Shown: positions 1-10,400, numbered from the whole stretch's first letter. The stretch: DNA of 63,899 nt, filler included, from 5 parts of 5 records of this genome joined end to end with filler, not necessarily neighbours in it, one strand, 5' to 3'. The notes: a model not told the origin generated them from the sequence alone. Translations and numbers: made by a program.

Positions 1-159
1 CTGTCAAATCGATACAATAATGTAGGGAAGTGGCCAGCCTTATCGATGCACGATAGATGATCTTATATCCTATTGAAATACTAGTGAATCGGCTAGCCAC
101 TCTGACATTTTTCGTGGTATCTTAGCCTTGATATTAATTCAGAAAGTCAGGAGTTCCTT

Positions 160-792
160 ATGGATGTAGAGATACTGGCCGCCGGGCCTTTTCAGACCAA
201 TACCTATCTGGTGATCAGCCCCAAAACCAAAGAGGCTGTTGTAATCGATGCGCCCCCCGAGTCCTGGGATATGGTACAGGAGGAGCTGAACGGCAAGGGG
301 CTGACTCCCAAGGCCCTGCTGATCACCCATCCCCACTGGGACCATACCCTGGATACCTATCGCTTTGCGGCTCAGCACATCCCCGTCTATGCCCATGCCG
401 AGGCGGTTGAGGTGATCGAGCATCCCGAGCTTCAGGCTTCCATGGCCATCCCCGGCATGGAGTTCGTCGGGGCGAAGGTGGACCATATCCTGAAACATGA
501 TGAGCATTTTGAGCTGGGCGGGATGAGGTTCGAGGTCCGCGAGGCCCCGGGCCACGCCCCCGGATCCCTGCTTTTCTATCTGCCCGACGGGGGCTGCTGC
601 TTTTCGGGGGACGTGATCTTCGACAGCTCTGTGGGAAGAACCGACCTGCCAGGAGGGGACATGTCCCAGCTTCAGAGTTCCATCCGCAACCAGGTCTACA
701 CCCTGCCCGACGAAACCGTACTCTATCCCGGACACGGCTCCAGTACGCTCGTGGGCAAAGAGAAGATCAGCAATCCCTTCGTCACCGTTTAA
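160..792 (+). CDS. MBL-fold metallo-hydrolase (glyoxalase II-like, YcbL/YqgX type)
   Basis: THPHWDH (HxHxDH), PGHAPGS, FSGD and LYPGHG motifs; AGGAG SD upstream. Confidence 0.9.
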   Translation: MDVEILAAGPFQTNTYLVISPKTKEAVVIDAPPESWDMVQEELNGKGLTPKALLITHPHWDHTLDTYRFAAQHIPVYAHAEAVEVIEHPELQASMAIPGMEFVGAKVDHILKHDEHFELGGMRFEVREAPGHAPGSLLFYLPDGGCCFSGDVIFDSSVGRTDLPGGDMSQLQSSIRNQVYTLPDETVLYPGHGSSTLVGKEKISNPFVTV

Positions 793-806
793 ACCAGGAG
801 TGCCAT

Positions 807-1721
807 ATGCCGGTTCGCATACCAGATAAACTGCCCGCAACGGATATTCTGACCAATGAGAATATCTTCGTCATGACAGAAACCCGGGCCTTACACCAGG
901 ACATCCGCGCCCTGAGGATCATGATCCTTAATCTCATGCCTGTGAAGATTACCACCGAGGCCCATCTTCTGCGCCTCCTGTCCAACAGCCCTCTCCAGGT
1001 TGAGGTGGATCTGGTAAGGCCCTCCAGCCATGTGAGCCGGAACACGCCCCAGGAGCATCTGAAGACCTTCTACCGTACCTTCGACCAGGTGAAGGACCAG
1101 AAGTACGACGGCCTGATCATTACGGGGGCTCCCGTGGAGACCATGGCCTTTGAAGAGGTGAGCTACTGGGATGAGATCAAGGAAATCATGGAGTGGTCCA
1201 GGACCATGGTCACCAGCACCCTCCATATTTGCTGGGGGGCACAGGCGGGGCTCTACTATCATTACGGTGTGGAGAAGCATCCCATCGAGACGAAGATGTC
1301 CGGTGTTTTCTGCCATGGCATCAACGACAGAAAGGCACCGATCGTCCGGGGATTTGACGACCGGTTCTGGGCTCCCCACTCCCGCCATACCGAGGTAAGG
1401 CATGAGGAAATCGAGAAGATTCCCGGGCTGAGAATCATCTCCGAATCCGAGGAAGCGGGGATCTATATCGTTACAAACCAGAGCGGCAGGCAGATCTTCG
1501 TCAGCGGTCACTCCGAGTACGACCCCCTGACCCTGAAGGAGGAGTATGAGAGGGATCTGTCCAAGGGTATGAATCCCCAGATCCCCCGCAACTACTTTCC
1601 GGGGGACGATCCCTCCCAGCCGCCCCGGGTCAGCTGGCGCAGCCATGCCAACCTGCTTTTCTCAAACTGGCTCAATTATTACGTCTACCAGGTGACGCCT
1701 TACAATATCGAGGATATCTAG
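807..1721 (+). CDS. metA: Homoserine O-acyltransferase MetA family, probably acetyl-CoA specific
   Basis: [14 protein letters not shown], catalytic HICWGAQ and GHSEY motifs; AGGAG SD. Has Glu at the position-111 specificity site. Confidence 0.95.
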   Translation: MPVRIPDKLPATDILTNENIFVMTETRALHQDIRALRIMILNLMPVKITTEAHLLRLLSNSPLQVEVDLVRPSSHVSRNTPQEHLKTFYRTFDQVKDQKYDGLIITGAPVETMAFEEVSYWDEIKEIMEWSRTMVTSTLHICWGAQAGLYYHYGVEKHPIETKMSGVFCHGINDRKAPIVRGFDDRFWAPHSRHTEVRHEEIEKIPGLRIISESEEAGIYIVTNQSGRQIFVSGHSEYDPLTLKEEYERDLSKGMNPQIPRNYFPGDDPSQPPRVSWRSHANLLFSNWLNYYVYQVTPYNIEDI

Positions 1722-1763
1722 CTCTCAGGGACGCCGGCCGCGGAAGACCGGCACTGACGGGAC

Positions 1764-3755
1764 CTACTTCCAGGGCAGCCGGGCGAAGTATTTCTTTGCC
1801 TCGTCCGGATCTTCCACTTCGACCTCCACTTCCATCTCTTCCAGAAGATCCGTGGGGATCTCCTCCAGGAAGGGGGAGGGGCCCGAGTCAATCATCTCGC
1901 GCATCTGCTTCCGCTTCATACAGGAGCTGATGAACAGCTTTTTCCTCGCCCGGGTGATGGCGACGTAGAAGAGACGCCGCTCCTCTTCCATATTGGCGGG
2001 ATCCTCCGCCACCGCACGGGCGTGGGGGATGATGTCCCGTTCCACTCCGGCCAGGAAGACCACGTCGAACTCCAGTCCCTTTGAGGCGTGGATGGTCATC
2101 AGGTTGACCTTGCCCGCGTCATCATCAACCTCGTCCCTGGTCACCAGGGTGATGCGGTTGAGCCATTTCTGGAGGGTGGGGTTCATATTGTCCGGATTCT
2201 TCTGCCAGCGGTCCATAAAGTCTATGAACATGGCTATGTTGTCGTACTTCCATTTGGCGATCTTGTCGTTGTTGGAGTGTTCATGGAGCAGATAGTCCCA
2301 GTAAGCGATCTCTTCCACCAGCTCCTGGGCAGTGGCCGCCAGGGCCTTGCTGTCCTCAAAGCGCTCTCTGAAGTCCTCGATCAGCTCCATAAACTCGCCC
2401 AGGCCCACCCGCAGGGAATTGCTTATTCCCGAATCGGAGGCGAAGAGCAGGGCCGTCAGGGAGGAGTAGAGGGACTCGCCCCTCTCCTGCGCCAGGTTGA
2501 CAAGGGTCTCCAGGGCCTTCTTGCCCACGCCCCTGCGGGGGGTATTGATGACCCGCATCAGGTTCACGTCGTCGTCGGGATTGTTGATCACCCGCATATA
2601 AGCGATGATGTCCCGGATCTCGGCCCTCTGGAAGAAACTGGTTCCCCCGCTCATGGTGTAGGGGATGTTGTGGCTCAGCATGGCGTCTTCCACAGCCTTA
2701 CAGAGGCTGTTGGTCCGGATCAGGATACCGAACTGGTCGTACTTCATATGGTCCTGCATGCGCAGGGAAGCGATGGTGGAGGCGATGAACTCCCCTTCTT
2801 CCCGGTCGTCCTCGGGCAGGCAGTGCTTGATGGTCATCTCGTTATGGGAGAGCTCTGTCCACAGCTCCTTGAGCTTCCGGTTCGTGTTATTGGCGATCAC
2901 CGCGTTGGCCGCCTTCAGTATGGTGCCGGTGGAGCGGTAGTTCCTCTCCAGCTTGATCTCCAGAAGCTCGGGGAAGTCCTTCTCAAACTGGAGGATATTG
3001 CCGTAGTTGGCCCCTCTCCAGGAGTAGATGGACTGGTCGTCGTCGCCTACGCAGCAGATGTTCCTGTATCTGTTTCCCAAAAGATAGAGCATCTTGTACT
3101 GCATCATGCTGGTGTCCTGGAACTCGTCGACCATGATATAGCGGAACTTGTTCTGGTACCTTTCCCGGATATCCTCACGCTCCTCCAGAAGGCGGATGGG
3201 CTTGACGATCAAATCGTCGAAGTCCACGGCATTGTAGATCCTCATATGATCCTCGTACTCGTGGTAGAGGGCCTTGTGCTGGTCGTTGGAGCCGTCCCAG
3301 CCGATGCGCTCGGTCTTGATGGAGGAGAAGAGGTTTGCCAGTTCCATAAGCTCGGGATTCTCATACTTGAGCTTCAGCTCCCGGGCGGCCTCGCGGAGGC
3401 AGGCCATCTTGTCGTTGGTATCGTAGATGGAGAAGTTGGGTCTGTAGCCCATCTCGGCGAAGTTCTCTCTGAGGATGCGGACCCCGAAGGCGTGGAAGGT
3501 AGAGACGGTCAGGTTGGTAAGCTTTTTCCCGGTCAGGCTCTTTACGCGCTCCTCCATCTCCCGGGCCGCCTTGTTGGTAAAGGTCAGGGCCAGGATATTG
3601 GACTGGGGGATACCGTGGTTGAGCATATTGGCGATCCGGGTCGTGATGACTCCGGTCTTGCCGCTCCCCGCTCCCGCGATGATAAGCAGGGCGCCGTTGA
3701 TGGTGTCCACCGCAAGCTTCTGTTCAGGATTAAGACGTATGGAATTCAGATTCAA
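1764..3755 (-). CDS. SF1A DNA helicase, UvrD/Rep/PcrA family
   Basis: AGAGSGKT, TFTNKAA, VDEFQD, GDDDQSIYSWRGA, TIHASKGLEF and EERRLFYVAITRA motifs; no C-terminal extension (Rep-like length). Confidence 0.95.
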   Translation of the reverse strand: MNLNSIRLNPEQKLAVDTINGALLIIAGAGSGKTGVITTRIANMLNHGIPQSNILALTFTNKAAREMEERVKSLTGKKLTNLTVSTFHAFGVRILRENFAEMGYRPNFSIYDTNDKMACLREAARELKLKYENPELMELANLFSSIKTERIGWDGSNDQHKALYHEYEDHMRIYNAVDFDDLIVKPIRLLEEREDIRERYQNKFRYIMVDEFQDTSMMQYKMLYLLGNRYRNICCVGDDDQSIYSWRGANYGNILQFEKDFPELLEIKLERNYRSTGTILKAANAVIANNTNRKLKELWTELSHNEMTIKHCLPEDDREEGEFIASTIASLRMQDHMKYDQFGILIRTNSLCKAVEDAMLSHNIPYTMSGGTSFFQRAEIRDIIAYMRVINNPDDDVNLMRVINTPRRGVGKKALETLVNLAQERGESLYSSLTALLFASDSGISNSLRVGLGEFMELIEDFRERFEDSKALAATAQELVEEIAYWDYLLHEHSNNDKIAKWKYDNIAMFIDFMDRWQKNPDNMNPTLQKWLNRITLVTRDEVDDDAGKVNLMTIHASKGLEFDVVFLAGVERDIIPHARAVAEDPANMEEERRLFYVAITRARKKLFISSCMKRKQMREMIDSGPSPFLEEIPTDLLEEMEVEVEVEDPDEAKKYFARLPWK

Positions 3756-3893
3756 TTCTTTTCCTCATTAGATTCGTAGTTATTACTCTTGTTCACCCCA
3801 TGCCCGGGGGAAGGAACCTTCTGACGGGGCAGGACCCGGCGACTGGCCTTCGTGTTCAGGCACGGGAGCGGTAGAGCTAAGGCCTTCAGCGGC

Positions 3894-4709
3894 TTATTTT
3901 TCCGCCAGGAAGTATCCCCCCGCAAGTCCGCCTGCAAAGCTCAGCAGAGAGGCGATGATCTGGAGTCCTCCCGGAATACCGGGCCACAGGGTGATCACAG
4001 AGGCGATGACCAATCCCAGGATAACCGCATAAGTACCCTGGTGAAAGCGTGAAAGGAAGAAGCCGAGGGCGCGAGCGGTCAGGAGGATGCCCGCAGCCAC
4101 GCCGGCCATGATGCAGATCAGCATGGGGATGTTCATATCCGTCACGGCGCCGACGAAGGTGGTGTACAGGCCTATCAGAAGGAGCAGGAAGGAGCCGCTG
4201 ATTCCGGGTATGACCATGGCCGATGAGGCCAGGGCGCCGCCGCAGATGAGGAGGAGGGCCGTTTTTCCGTTAAACTCTGTCATGGCAGCCGTTTCGGAGG
4301 GGTCGATGAAGAAGGAGAGGACGATGACCAGGGCAAAGGCCAGCAAAAAGCCGACGATCCAGCCGGATCTTATTCCCTTGCCCTTGAACTCGCCCTTGTT
4401 CAGAAGACAGGGGAGCCCTCCCAGGATAAATCCCATAAAGCAGAAGAGAGTGGGCGCCGGCCAGTTCTCGAACAGGGCCTCCAGGGTGAAGGAGCCGCCG
4501 ACAACGCCCAGAGCGGCGCCAATAAAGTAGATCAGGAGGAAGCGCCACTCCCTCAGGAAATGGGCTATGGCATTCATGAACTCATCGTAGACGCCGGTGA
4601 TGACGGCCATGGTCCCGCCCGAGACGCCGGGAATGATATTGGCAACGCCGAAAAGGGCTCCCTTCCAGAGGAGGGTGATATCGAATCTTCTTCTTGTGCT
4701 GTCGTTCAT
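3894..4709 (-). CDS. DUF368 membrane protein (undecaprenyl-phosphate translocase family)
   Basis: Two repeated motifs, IPGVSGGT and IPGISGS, in a polytopic membrane protein. Confidence 0.9.
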   Translation of the reverse strand: MNDSTRRRFDITLLWKGALFGVANIIPGVSGGTMAVITGVYDEFMNAIAHFLREWRFLLIYFIGAALGVVGGSFTLEALFENWPAPTLFCFMGFILGGLPCLLNKGEFKGKGIRSGWIVGFLLAFALVIVLSFFIDPSETAAMTEFNGKTALLLICGGALASSAMVIPGISGSFLLLLIGLYTTFVGAVTDMNIPMLICIMAGVAAGILLTARALGFFLSRFHQGTYAVILGLVIASVITLWPGIPGGLQIIASLLSFAGGLAGGYFLAEK

Positions 4710-4927
4710 GAATGGTCCTTGATTACTTGGAGAGTATTATTCTTTCAAGCCCTATATTGAGGAAGAGGAGGGGGACTGTCAAGCTTATGGGGGCCGGGTG
4801 CTGATAAAAAGAACTCTTGTCTGCGGTACGCCGGTCAATGGCGCAAATCTCTTCCAGCCGCGCAATAGCCTTAGGACCGGGATTGCTCTATAATGGACTC
4901 AAATTCCCAATACTATAGGATGAGACC

Positions 4928-5809
4928 ATGACCAAAGATGATTTTCTGAAATATATTGAAACCCCTCTGGCCGCTGACGGTGCCTGGGGGACGGAGCTTC
5001 TCAGAAGGGGCCTGGAACAGGGGGACGCCCCCGAGGCCTGGAACCTGGAGCAGCCTGAGAAGGTAAAGGCCGTGGCGTCCTCCTATGCCGAGGCGGGGAG
5101 CCGGATCATCCTGACCAATACCTTCGGCGGCACCAGGATGAAGCTTGCCGCTGCGGGACTTGACGATAGCTGTGAACGGATCAACAGGGAAGGGGCCCGT
5201 CTTACCCGGGAGGCCGGAGAGGGCTTCCTCTGCTGCGGCGACATGGGACCCACCGGAAAGATGGTGTTTATGGGAGAGGTCTCGGAGGAAGAGGTGGAAG
5301 CGGCCTACGCAGAGCAGGCCGCCGCCCTGAAAGCCGGGGGCGCGGACATACTCCTGCTCGAGACCTTTACGGATCTGACCGAGCTTTCCGCGGCTTTGAA
5401 GGGCGCCCTGGGTTCCGGACTCGCCGTTGTCTGTACTATGACATACGACAAGATGGGAGACGGCAGCTACCGGACCGTCATGGGCCACAGCCCTGAAGAC
5501 GTCATCCCCGTGCTGGAGGGACTGGGCGCCGCGGCCGTAGGAGCCAACTGCGGAGCCGGCGTGGATCAGTATGTGGAACTGGCGTCTCTGATCTGTTCCC
5601 AGACGAAGCTTCCGGTCTGGATCAAGGCGAATGCGGGTCTGCCTATTCTGGAGGGTAACAAAGTAGTCTACCCCATGGGGCCGGAAGAGTATGAGAGCCA
5701 CATCCCCGCTCTGCTGGAGGCGGGAGCGTCTGTTATAGGCGGCTGCTGCGGTACCGATCCCGACCATATCCGGGGGATCGTGAGGGTGATCGAGCGCAAG
5801 GAGCCTTAG
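4928..5809 (+). CDS. Homocysteine S-methyltransferase family protein (stand-alone Hcy-binding domain)
   Basis: DGAWGT, TNTFG, LLETF and the Zn-ligand motifs GANCG and GGCCGT; no pterin or cobalamin domain. Confidence 0.9.
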   Translation: MTKDDFLKYIETPLAADGAWGTELLRRGLEQGDAPEAWNLEQPEKVKAVASSYAEAGSRIILTNTFGGTRMKLAAAGLDDSCERINREGARLTREAGEGFLCCGDMGPTGKMVFMGEVSEEEVEAAYAEQAAALKAGGADILLLETFTDLTELSAALKGALGSGLAVVCTMTYDKMGDGSYRTVMGHSPEDVIPVLEGLGAAAVGANCGAGVDQYVELASLICSQTKLPVWIKANAGLPILEGNKVVYPMGPEEYESHIPALLEAGASVIGGCCGTDPDHIRGIVRVIERKEP

Positions 5810-5860
5810 GGGATGGACGGGCCGGCGGCTTCTGGGCGTTTCATTCGGAGCGCCCGGGCC

Positions 5861-6544
5861 TCAGCTCTCAGTCCCCTTCGTGTTCCGGCCTTCCGGATCG
5901 TAATAGACGGACGCCCATATGATATAGAAGCTCCAGAACAGGTAGCTCCACAGGAAGGCATACAATTCGTATCTGATAGGGTCTACGGATGTGATTATAT
6001 CAGCCGCCAGGAAGAGGAGGGTCAGTATCATGGCCGCTCGGATCCATCGCGCCCTCAGAAAGACAGCATGCCGGGCGGAGTACATATTGGCTCCCATATA
6101 GGCCATTAGAAGCGTATAGTGGGGCAGGCCCATTACCTCCAGATGCTTGGCTTTGAACTCTGTGCCTGTGGGTGAGAGGAAGAGAACGATGTGGTCGACC
6201 ACAAAGAAGGAAGAGGACAGGGCGATCAGAATCTTCTCCCATCGTCTGCAGAATCTTCCGTTGAGCATGGCATTCAATCGCGCCATGATCACAAGCGGTA
6301 TTATGGTAAACAGGTTCAACAGCATATAGTAGATCAGAAGGACATTGTTTCCCTTCACGCTTATAAAGTCGTTATACAGATTAATGAAGACCATAAGGAC
6401 GATGATCAGAAAGGAACCCCAGAGGGCCGCAAATCGCCGTCCCGTATCGCTCCGAAGGTTCAGGGCCGTTGAATAAGAGAAGAAGGTGCTGACCAGGCCC
6501 GCGGAAAAGACGGCCAGATAGAGGGTAACGATGGCGTGATTCAT
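5861..6544 (-). CDS. Hypothetical polytopic membrane protein (about 7 TM)
   Basis: ATG start with GGAG upstream; repeated hydrophobic segments; no recognised catalytic motif. Confidence 0.65.
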   Translation of the reverse strand: MNHAIVTLYLAVFSAGLVSTFFSYSTALNLRSDTGRRFAALWGSFLIIVLMVFINLYNDFISVKGNNVLLIYYMLLNLFTIIPLVIMARLNAMLNGRFCRRWEKILIALSSSFFVVDHIVLFLSPTGTEFKAKHLEVMGLPHYTLLMAYMGANMYSARHAVFLRARWIRAAMILTLLFLAADIITSVDPIRYELYAFLWSYLFWSFYIIWASVYYDPEGRNTKGTES

Positions 6545-6645
6545 AATAACAAAACTCCCGGATTACTATTAACTATATTGCACATCGCCGAAATGAGAAA
6601 GCCTGGCAGAGAATATTGTTGAGGAATAATGGCTGAGTCAGAATG

Positions 6646-7542
6646 TCAGGGCAACGGTATCTGGTAACGGGAAAGATCCCGGAGGAATGCGTCCAGCAGA
6701 AGGAAGGATTTGGGATCCAGGGTCTCCACCGTGTCCTCCGGGCTGTGATTGTTCCTCCAACTCGGAGGAAGAGAGTCTTCCCTCAGTTCGTGGGGGGACG
6801 GAGGCGAAGTCCTGCGGGCGTCGACGCTGTGTCGCTCGCCGCCGCTGCGGCTAAGCGCCGCCTTCCATTCCCGGGCCTCTTTCCATGGCAGAAGGGATAT
6901 CTGCAGGGCGGTCATTCCTTGCAAGAGGAGCCCCAGGTCATCGGAAAAGAGTCCGTTGATATCCATCCTCTCCCTACGGCTGTAACGGATCAGAAGATCG
7001 GTCAGAGACTCGTAGACCGAGGCCACCCGTTTCAGATCGATTCCAGGCAGTTTGGCGGCGGTCCGTCCCCATATCAGGGTGTCCCCTATACCGCACATGT
7101 CAAACACGATAAAGAGGTCCCTTTCCTTCTGCTTCTCCGGCCAGATCTCTCCCAGCCTCCAGGCGCCCTGATCCATGATGGAGCTGCCCTCGAGGAGCTC
7201 CTCCCGGTCGGAAAACAGGAGGAGGGTGTTGTGAGGATAATCGGCTGACTGGAGCAGGTCTATATGCCGGAGCAGACTGAAGACGGCGGCGGCGTTGTCA
7301 TTGGCCCCGGGGGTGCCAGGGACACGGTCGTAATGGGCCGTCAGGATCTTGCGGCAGTGGTCCTTGAGAAAGGGCCTATGCCCCAGGGGCTTCACCAGGA
7401 TGTGATTCCCCCCGCCCGAGAGGATGTCATAGGGGATGTCCTTCCACTCCAGAAGGGTCGTCAGAAAGCTGTAGCGGTCGCAGTCCGGATCACAGAATCG
7501 TCTGAGAAGCTCTGTGAAGTTGGCGCCGTGGGTCTCTGTCAT
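6646..7542 (-). CDS. M28 family metallopeptidase
   Basis: TAHYD, PGANDNAAAV, FSDREE and FDMCG motifs plus C-terminal NHSPEDT. Start moved to the ATG of MTETHG, just after the upstream gene's stop. Confidence 0.8.
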   Translation of the reverse strand: MTETHGANFTELLRRFCDPDCDRYSFLTTLLEWKDIPYDILSGGGNHILVKPLGHRPFLKDHCRKILTAHYDRVPGTPGANDNAAAVFSLLRHIDLLQSADYPHNTLLLFSDREELLEGSSIMDQGAWRLGEIWPEKQKERDLFIVFDMCGIGDTLIWGRTAAKLPGIDLKRVASVYESLTDLLIRYSRRERMDINGLFSDDLGLLLQGMTALQISLLPWKEAREWKAALSRSGGERHSVDARRTSPPSPHELREDSLPPSWRNNHSPEDTVETLDPKSFLLLDAFLRDLSRYQIPLP

Positions 7543-7550
7543 TATCTTCT

Positions 7551-8231
7551 TCAGACCCTGCCTATCCTGATGGCGTCCTCCGGGCAGACCTCGTGGCAGC
7601 AGTAGCAGCGTATGCACTTCGAATAATCGATGGAGATCTTTTTGGGATCCTTCATTCCATGGGCCGTCAGGGCGTCGGCGGGGCAGATCTCTACGCATTT
7701 GCGGCAGAGGATACAGGGCCTGACCTTGAAAAACGGACGGGGAACATAGAGGTTCCTGACCGCCTTGTAGACAGCCGGTGGGACGGCCTTCTTGAAGAAT
7801 CCCGTATCCTTCAGCACCCTGACCCGTTTGAAATCGGGGATCAGGAGCTCCTCCGGATCAAGGGAGGGATAGTCTATCCCGTCGGCGCTGGCGATCCACG
7901 TTCCCCGGTCCAGGATCTCGCGGAAGATGGGGATCTCTTCAGGCCTGTATCCCATGATCCTGGCGGCGGCCATATCCAGGGCAGGGGCGTTGGGGGATGC
8001 CAGAAGGAGTCCCACCTGTCTGGGATAGCCGCTGCCCGGGCCGGGGCCCTCCATAGCGACGATGCCGTCCATGATGGCATAGTCGGGCTTCACCGCGTCC
8101 AGAAGGTCCACGATCAGGGCGGCGAAATCCTCCTTCTCGGGATAGTTCAGATGGAAGCGGGACTTCTTGAGGCCGCAGGTCAGTCCGAAGAGGTTCTTGA
8201 CGGCTCCGGTGAAATACATCATCTCATGGGT
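7551..8231 (-). CDS. DUF362 family protein with C-terminal 2x[4Fe-4S] ferredoxin domain (5' truncated at contig edge)
   Basis: TGAVKNLFG and DGIVAMEGPGPGSG motifs; two CxxCxxCxxxCP motifs. Confidence 0.88.
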   Translation of the reverse strand, partial: THEMMYFTGAVKNLFGLTCGLKKSRFHLNYPEKEDFAALIVDLLDAVKPDYAIMDGIVAMEGPGPGSGYPRQVGLLLASPNAPALDMAAARIMGYRPEEIPIFREILDRGTWIASADGIDYPSLDPEELLIPDFKRVRVLKDTGFFKKAVPPAVYKAVRNLYVPRPFFKVRPCILCRKCVEICPADALTAHGMKDPKKISIDYSKCIRCYCCHEVCPEDAIRIGRV

Positions 8232-8331
8232 NNNNNNNNNNNNNNNNNNNNNNNNNNNNNNNNNNNNNNNNNNNNTTAATTAATTAANNNNNNNNNNNNN
8301 NNNNNNNNNNNNNNNNNNNNNNNNNNNNNNN
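8232..8331. other. Artificial contig spacer
   Basis: N44-TTAATTAATTAA-N44; the core places stop codons in all six frames. Confidence 0.99.
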
Positions 8332-8370
8332 GTGTCCAGCGGCTATGTCTATCTGCGCTATCTGATATAG
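8332..8370 (+). CDS. C-terminal fragment of a membrane protein, possibly an ArsB/NhaD-type permease
   Basis: Translates VSSGYVYLRYLI*, resembling the YxYLRY end of that family; only 12 codons are visible. Confidence 0.35.
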   Translation: MSSGYVYLRYLI

Positions 8371-8547
8371 ATCTTTTTGCGCAGTCCGCCCTCTCTCGGC
8401 AGAGAAGGGGGCATATCCATCGGATCAATGATAAAAAAATATCGAATTTGATCCGGATTGTGCAAATTTGAATGATTTGTCTAAATCCGTCCGGCGGATC
8501 TTCCTCTACCATGGGGCCATAAAGCCAACTTACTGAAGGGAGTATCT

Positions 8548-10314
8548 GTGATGAAAAAGATTATGGCCTTACTGGCCGTGACAGTACTGTTAACGGCGGG
8601 GATCCTGTCCTGCGGCACTGCCAAGTACAAGGACGGAGTCTATACGGGCTCGGGCGAGGGAAAGGGCGGCGAGCTGGTCGTTCAGGTTACCGTCGCGGAC
8701 GGCGACATCGACGCTGTCGAGGTCCTGTCCAGCCATGAGACCGAGATGATCAGCGACGCGGCTATCCGCAAGATCGTCGCCGCCGTCAATGAAGAGAAGA
8801 GTGTGAATGTGGACGCCGTGTCCGGCGCGTCCATGACCAGCAACGCCATTCTGGACGCCATCAAGGACGCCCTGCGTCAGGCCGGAGGAGACGATGAGAC
8901 CTTCGCCTCCGACAAGAAGGTTGTTCTGGTTCAGACCGAGGAGAACCTGGAACAGGACTTCGACGTGGTTATCGTCGGAGCCGGAGGGGCCGGTCTCTCC
9001 GCCGCCGTTGAGGCTCAGGCCGCCGGCGCGAAGGTCGTGGTTCTGGAGAAGAATCCCAGCGCCGGAGGGAATACCCTGGTGTCAGGCGGAGGATTGAATG
9101 TCCCCGGCAGCCCCCAGCAGAAGCTGAGGGGCGTGGAAGATTCGGTGGAGCTCTTCGTACAGGACACCCTCAAGGGGGGAGACTACAAGGGGAATGAGAA
9201 ACTGGTCCGCGTCGTGGCAGACGGCGCTCTCGCGGCGTCCGAATGGCTGACGGGAGACCTGGGCGTCCGCTTTATGGAGGACAGACTGCAGCAGTTCGGC
9301 GGGCACTCTGTTCCCCGCGCCCTTATCTCCAAGGGCAACCACGGAACCGAACTGATCCGGAAGCTCCAGGAGCGTGCAGTTGATACGGGTGCGGTTATCA
9401 AGCTGGAGACCCGGGCGACGGAGCTCCTGACCGACGGGAACGGACGGGTCACCGGTGTCGCCGCCGTCAATGCGGCGGGCCAGGACCTGAGGTTTAACGC
9501 AGCCAAAGCCGTTATCCTGACCACCGGAGGTTTCGGCGCCAATATCGAGATGCGTATGAAGTACAACCGCGAGTACGACGAGCGCTATATGACCACCGAC
9601 CTTCCCTCCACCACGGGAGACGGCATCGCCATGGCCGAAAAGGTCGATGCCGCCCTGACCGGTATGGAGTACATCCAGACCTATCCCCTGTGCAGCCCTG
9701 TGACGGGGATCATCTCCTACGTGGCCAACTCCCGCTTCGACGGAGCGGTGCTTGTGAACGCGGAGGGAGTCCGCTTTGTGGAAGAGATGGGACGCCGCGA
9801 CCTGATCTCCAAGGGAATCCTGGCCCAGACAGGCGGCAGCGCCTATCTGGTATGGGGACAGGAGATCGAGGGAGCCGGCCATATGACCGAGATCCACAAG
9901 GACGAGTACGCCGCCATGGAGAAGGACGACCTGATCTACAAGGCCGACAGCCTGAAGGACCTGGCCGGCCACTTCGGTGTGGACGCCGCCGCTCTGGAGG
10001 CGACCATCTCCACATACAACGGCTATGCGGCCGCCGGAAAGGATGAGGACTTCAACCGCCGGGGCAGGATGAGACCCGTAGCGGAAGGCCCCTTCTACAT
10101 GCAGCGCGTCGTCCCTTCGGTCCACCACACCATGGGCGGTCTGGTGATCGATGAAAAGGCCCGTGTCCTCAATGCCGACGGCAAGCTTATCCCCGGGCTC
10201 TTCGCGGCCGGCGAGGTCGCCGGCGGTATCCACGGGACCAACCGCCTGGGCGGAAACGCCGTAACCGACGTGATCGTATTCGGCCGCATCGCCGGCCGGA
10301 ACGCCGTTAAGTGA
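8548..10314 (+). CDS. Flavocytochrome c-type flavin reductase lipoprotein with N-terminal FMN-binding domain (UrdA-like)
   Basis: Lipoprotein-like signal (ILSC); flavinylation motif DAVSGAS; FAD motif VVIVGAGGAG; HHTMGG and GEVAGGIHGTNRLGGN motifs; IQTYP where fumarate reductases have IQxHP. Confidence 0.88.
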   Translation: MMKKIMALLAVTVLLTAGILSCGTAKYKDGVYTGSGEGKGGELVVQVTVADGDIDAVEVLSSHETEMISDAAIRKIVAAVNEEKSVNVDAVSGASMTSNAILDAIKDALRQAGGDDETFASDKKVVLVQTEENLEQDFDVVIVGAGGAGLSAAVEAQAAGAKVVVLEKNPSAGGNTLVSGGGLNVPGSPQQKLRGVEDSVELFVQDTLKGGDYKGNEKLVRVVADGALAASEWLTGDLGVRFMEDRLQQFGGHSVPRALISKGNHGTELIRKLQERAVDTGAVIKLETRATELLTDGNGRVTGVAAVNAAGQDLRFNAAKAVILTTGGFGANIEMRMKYNREYDERYMTTDLPSTTGDGIAMAEKVDAALTGMEYIQTYPLCSPVTGIISYVANSRFDGAVLVNAEGVRFVEEMGRRDLISKGILAQTGGSAYLVWGQEIEGAGHMTEIHKDEYAAMEKDDLIYKADSLKDLAGHFGVDAAALEATISTYNGYAAAGKDEDFNRRGRMRPVAEGPFYMQRVVPSVHHTMGGLVIDEKARVLNADGKLIPGLFAAGEVAGGIHGTNRLGGNAVTDVIVFGRIAGRNAVK

Positions 10315-10353
10315 TTCCTGTCCGGATAAGGGATAGAATGAAAAAATAGCAAT

Positions 10354-10400
10354 CCGTCCGTCCCGGGATTTTCCTGAGGGCGGGCGGTCCTTCTTGTTCA
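10354..10400 (+). terminator. Probable intrinsic terminator
   Basis: GC-rich stem CCGTCCGTCCCGGGA...TCCTGAGGGCGGGCGG followed by a T-rich tail. Confidence 0.5.

Noticed and set aside
29-101. Imperfect inverted repeat AGTGGCCAGCC / GGCTAGCCACT upstream of the MBL gene
   Set aside because: Only 10/11 bp, at a contig edge, with no transposase or second copy to support a function.
793-806. Possible SAM riboswitch or T-box upstream of metA
   Set aside because: The gap is only 14 nt, leaving no room for a leader RNA.
2088-3779. Long opposite-strand ORFs (e.g. 2088..3779, 9082..10401, 10734..12182, 18648..20180, 20549..21736)
   Set aside because: They shadow well-supported genes in GC3-rich DNA and have no recognisable motifs.
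8276-8287. TTAATTAATTAA repeated four times in the window
   Set aside because: It is an assembly linker flanked by Ns, not a biological repeat.
8435-8485. AATTTGA direct repeat (20-bp period) upstream of the reductase as a response-regulator site
   Set aside because: Too short for an AT-rich patch; plausible but not supportable.
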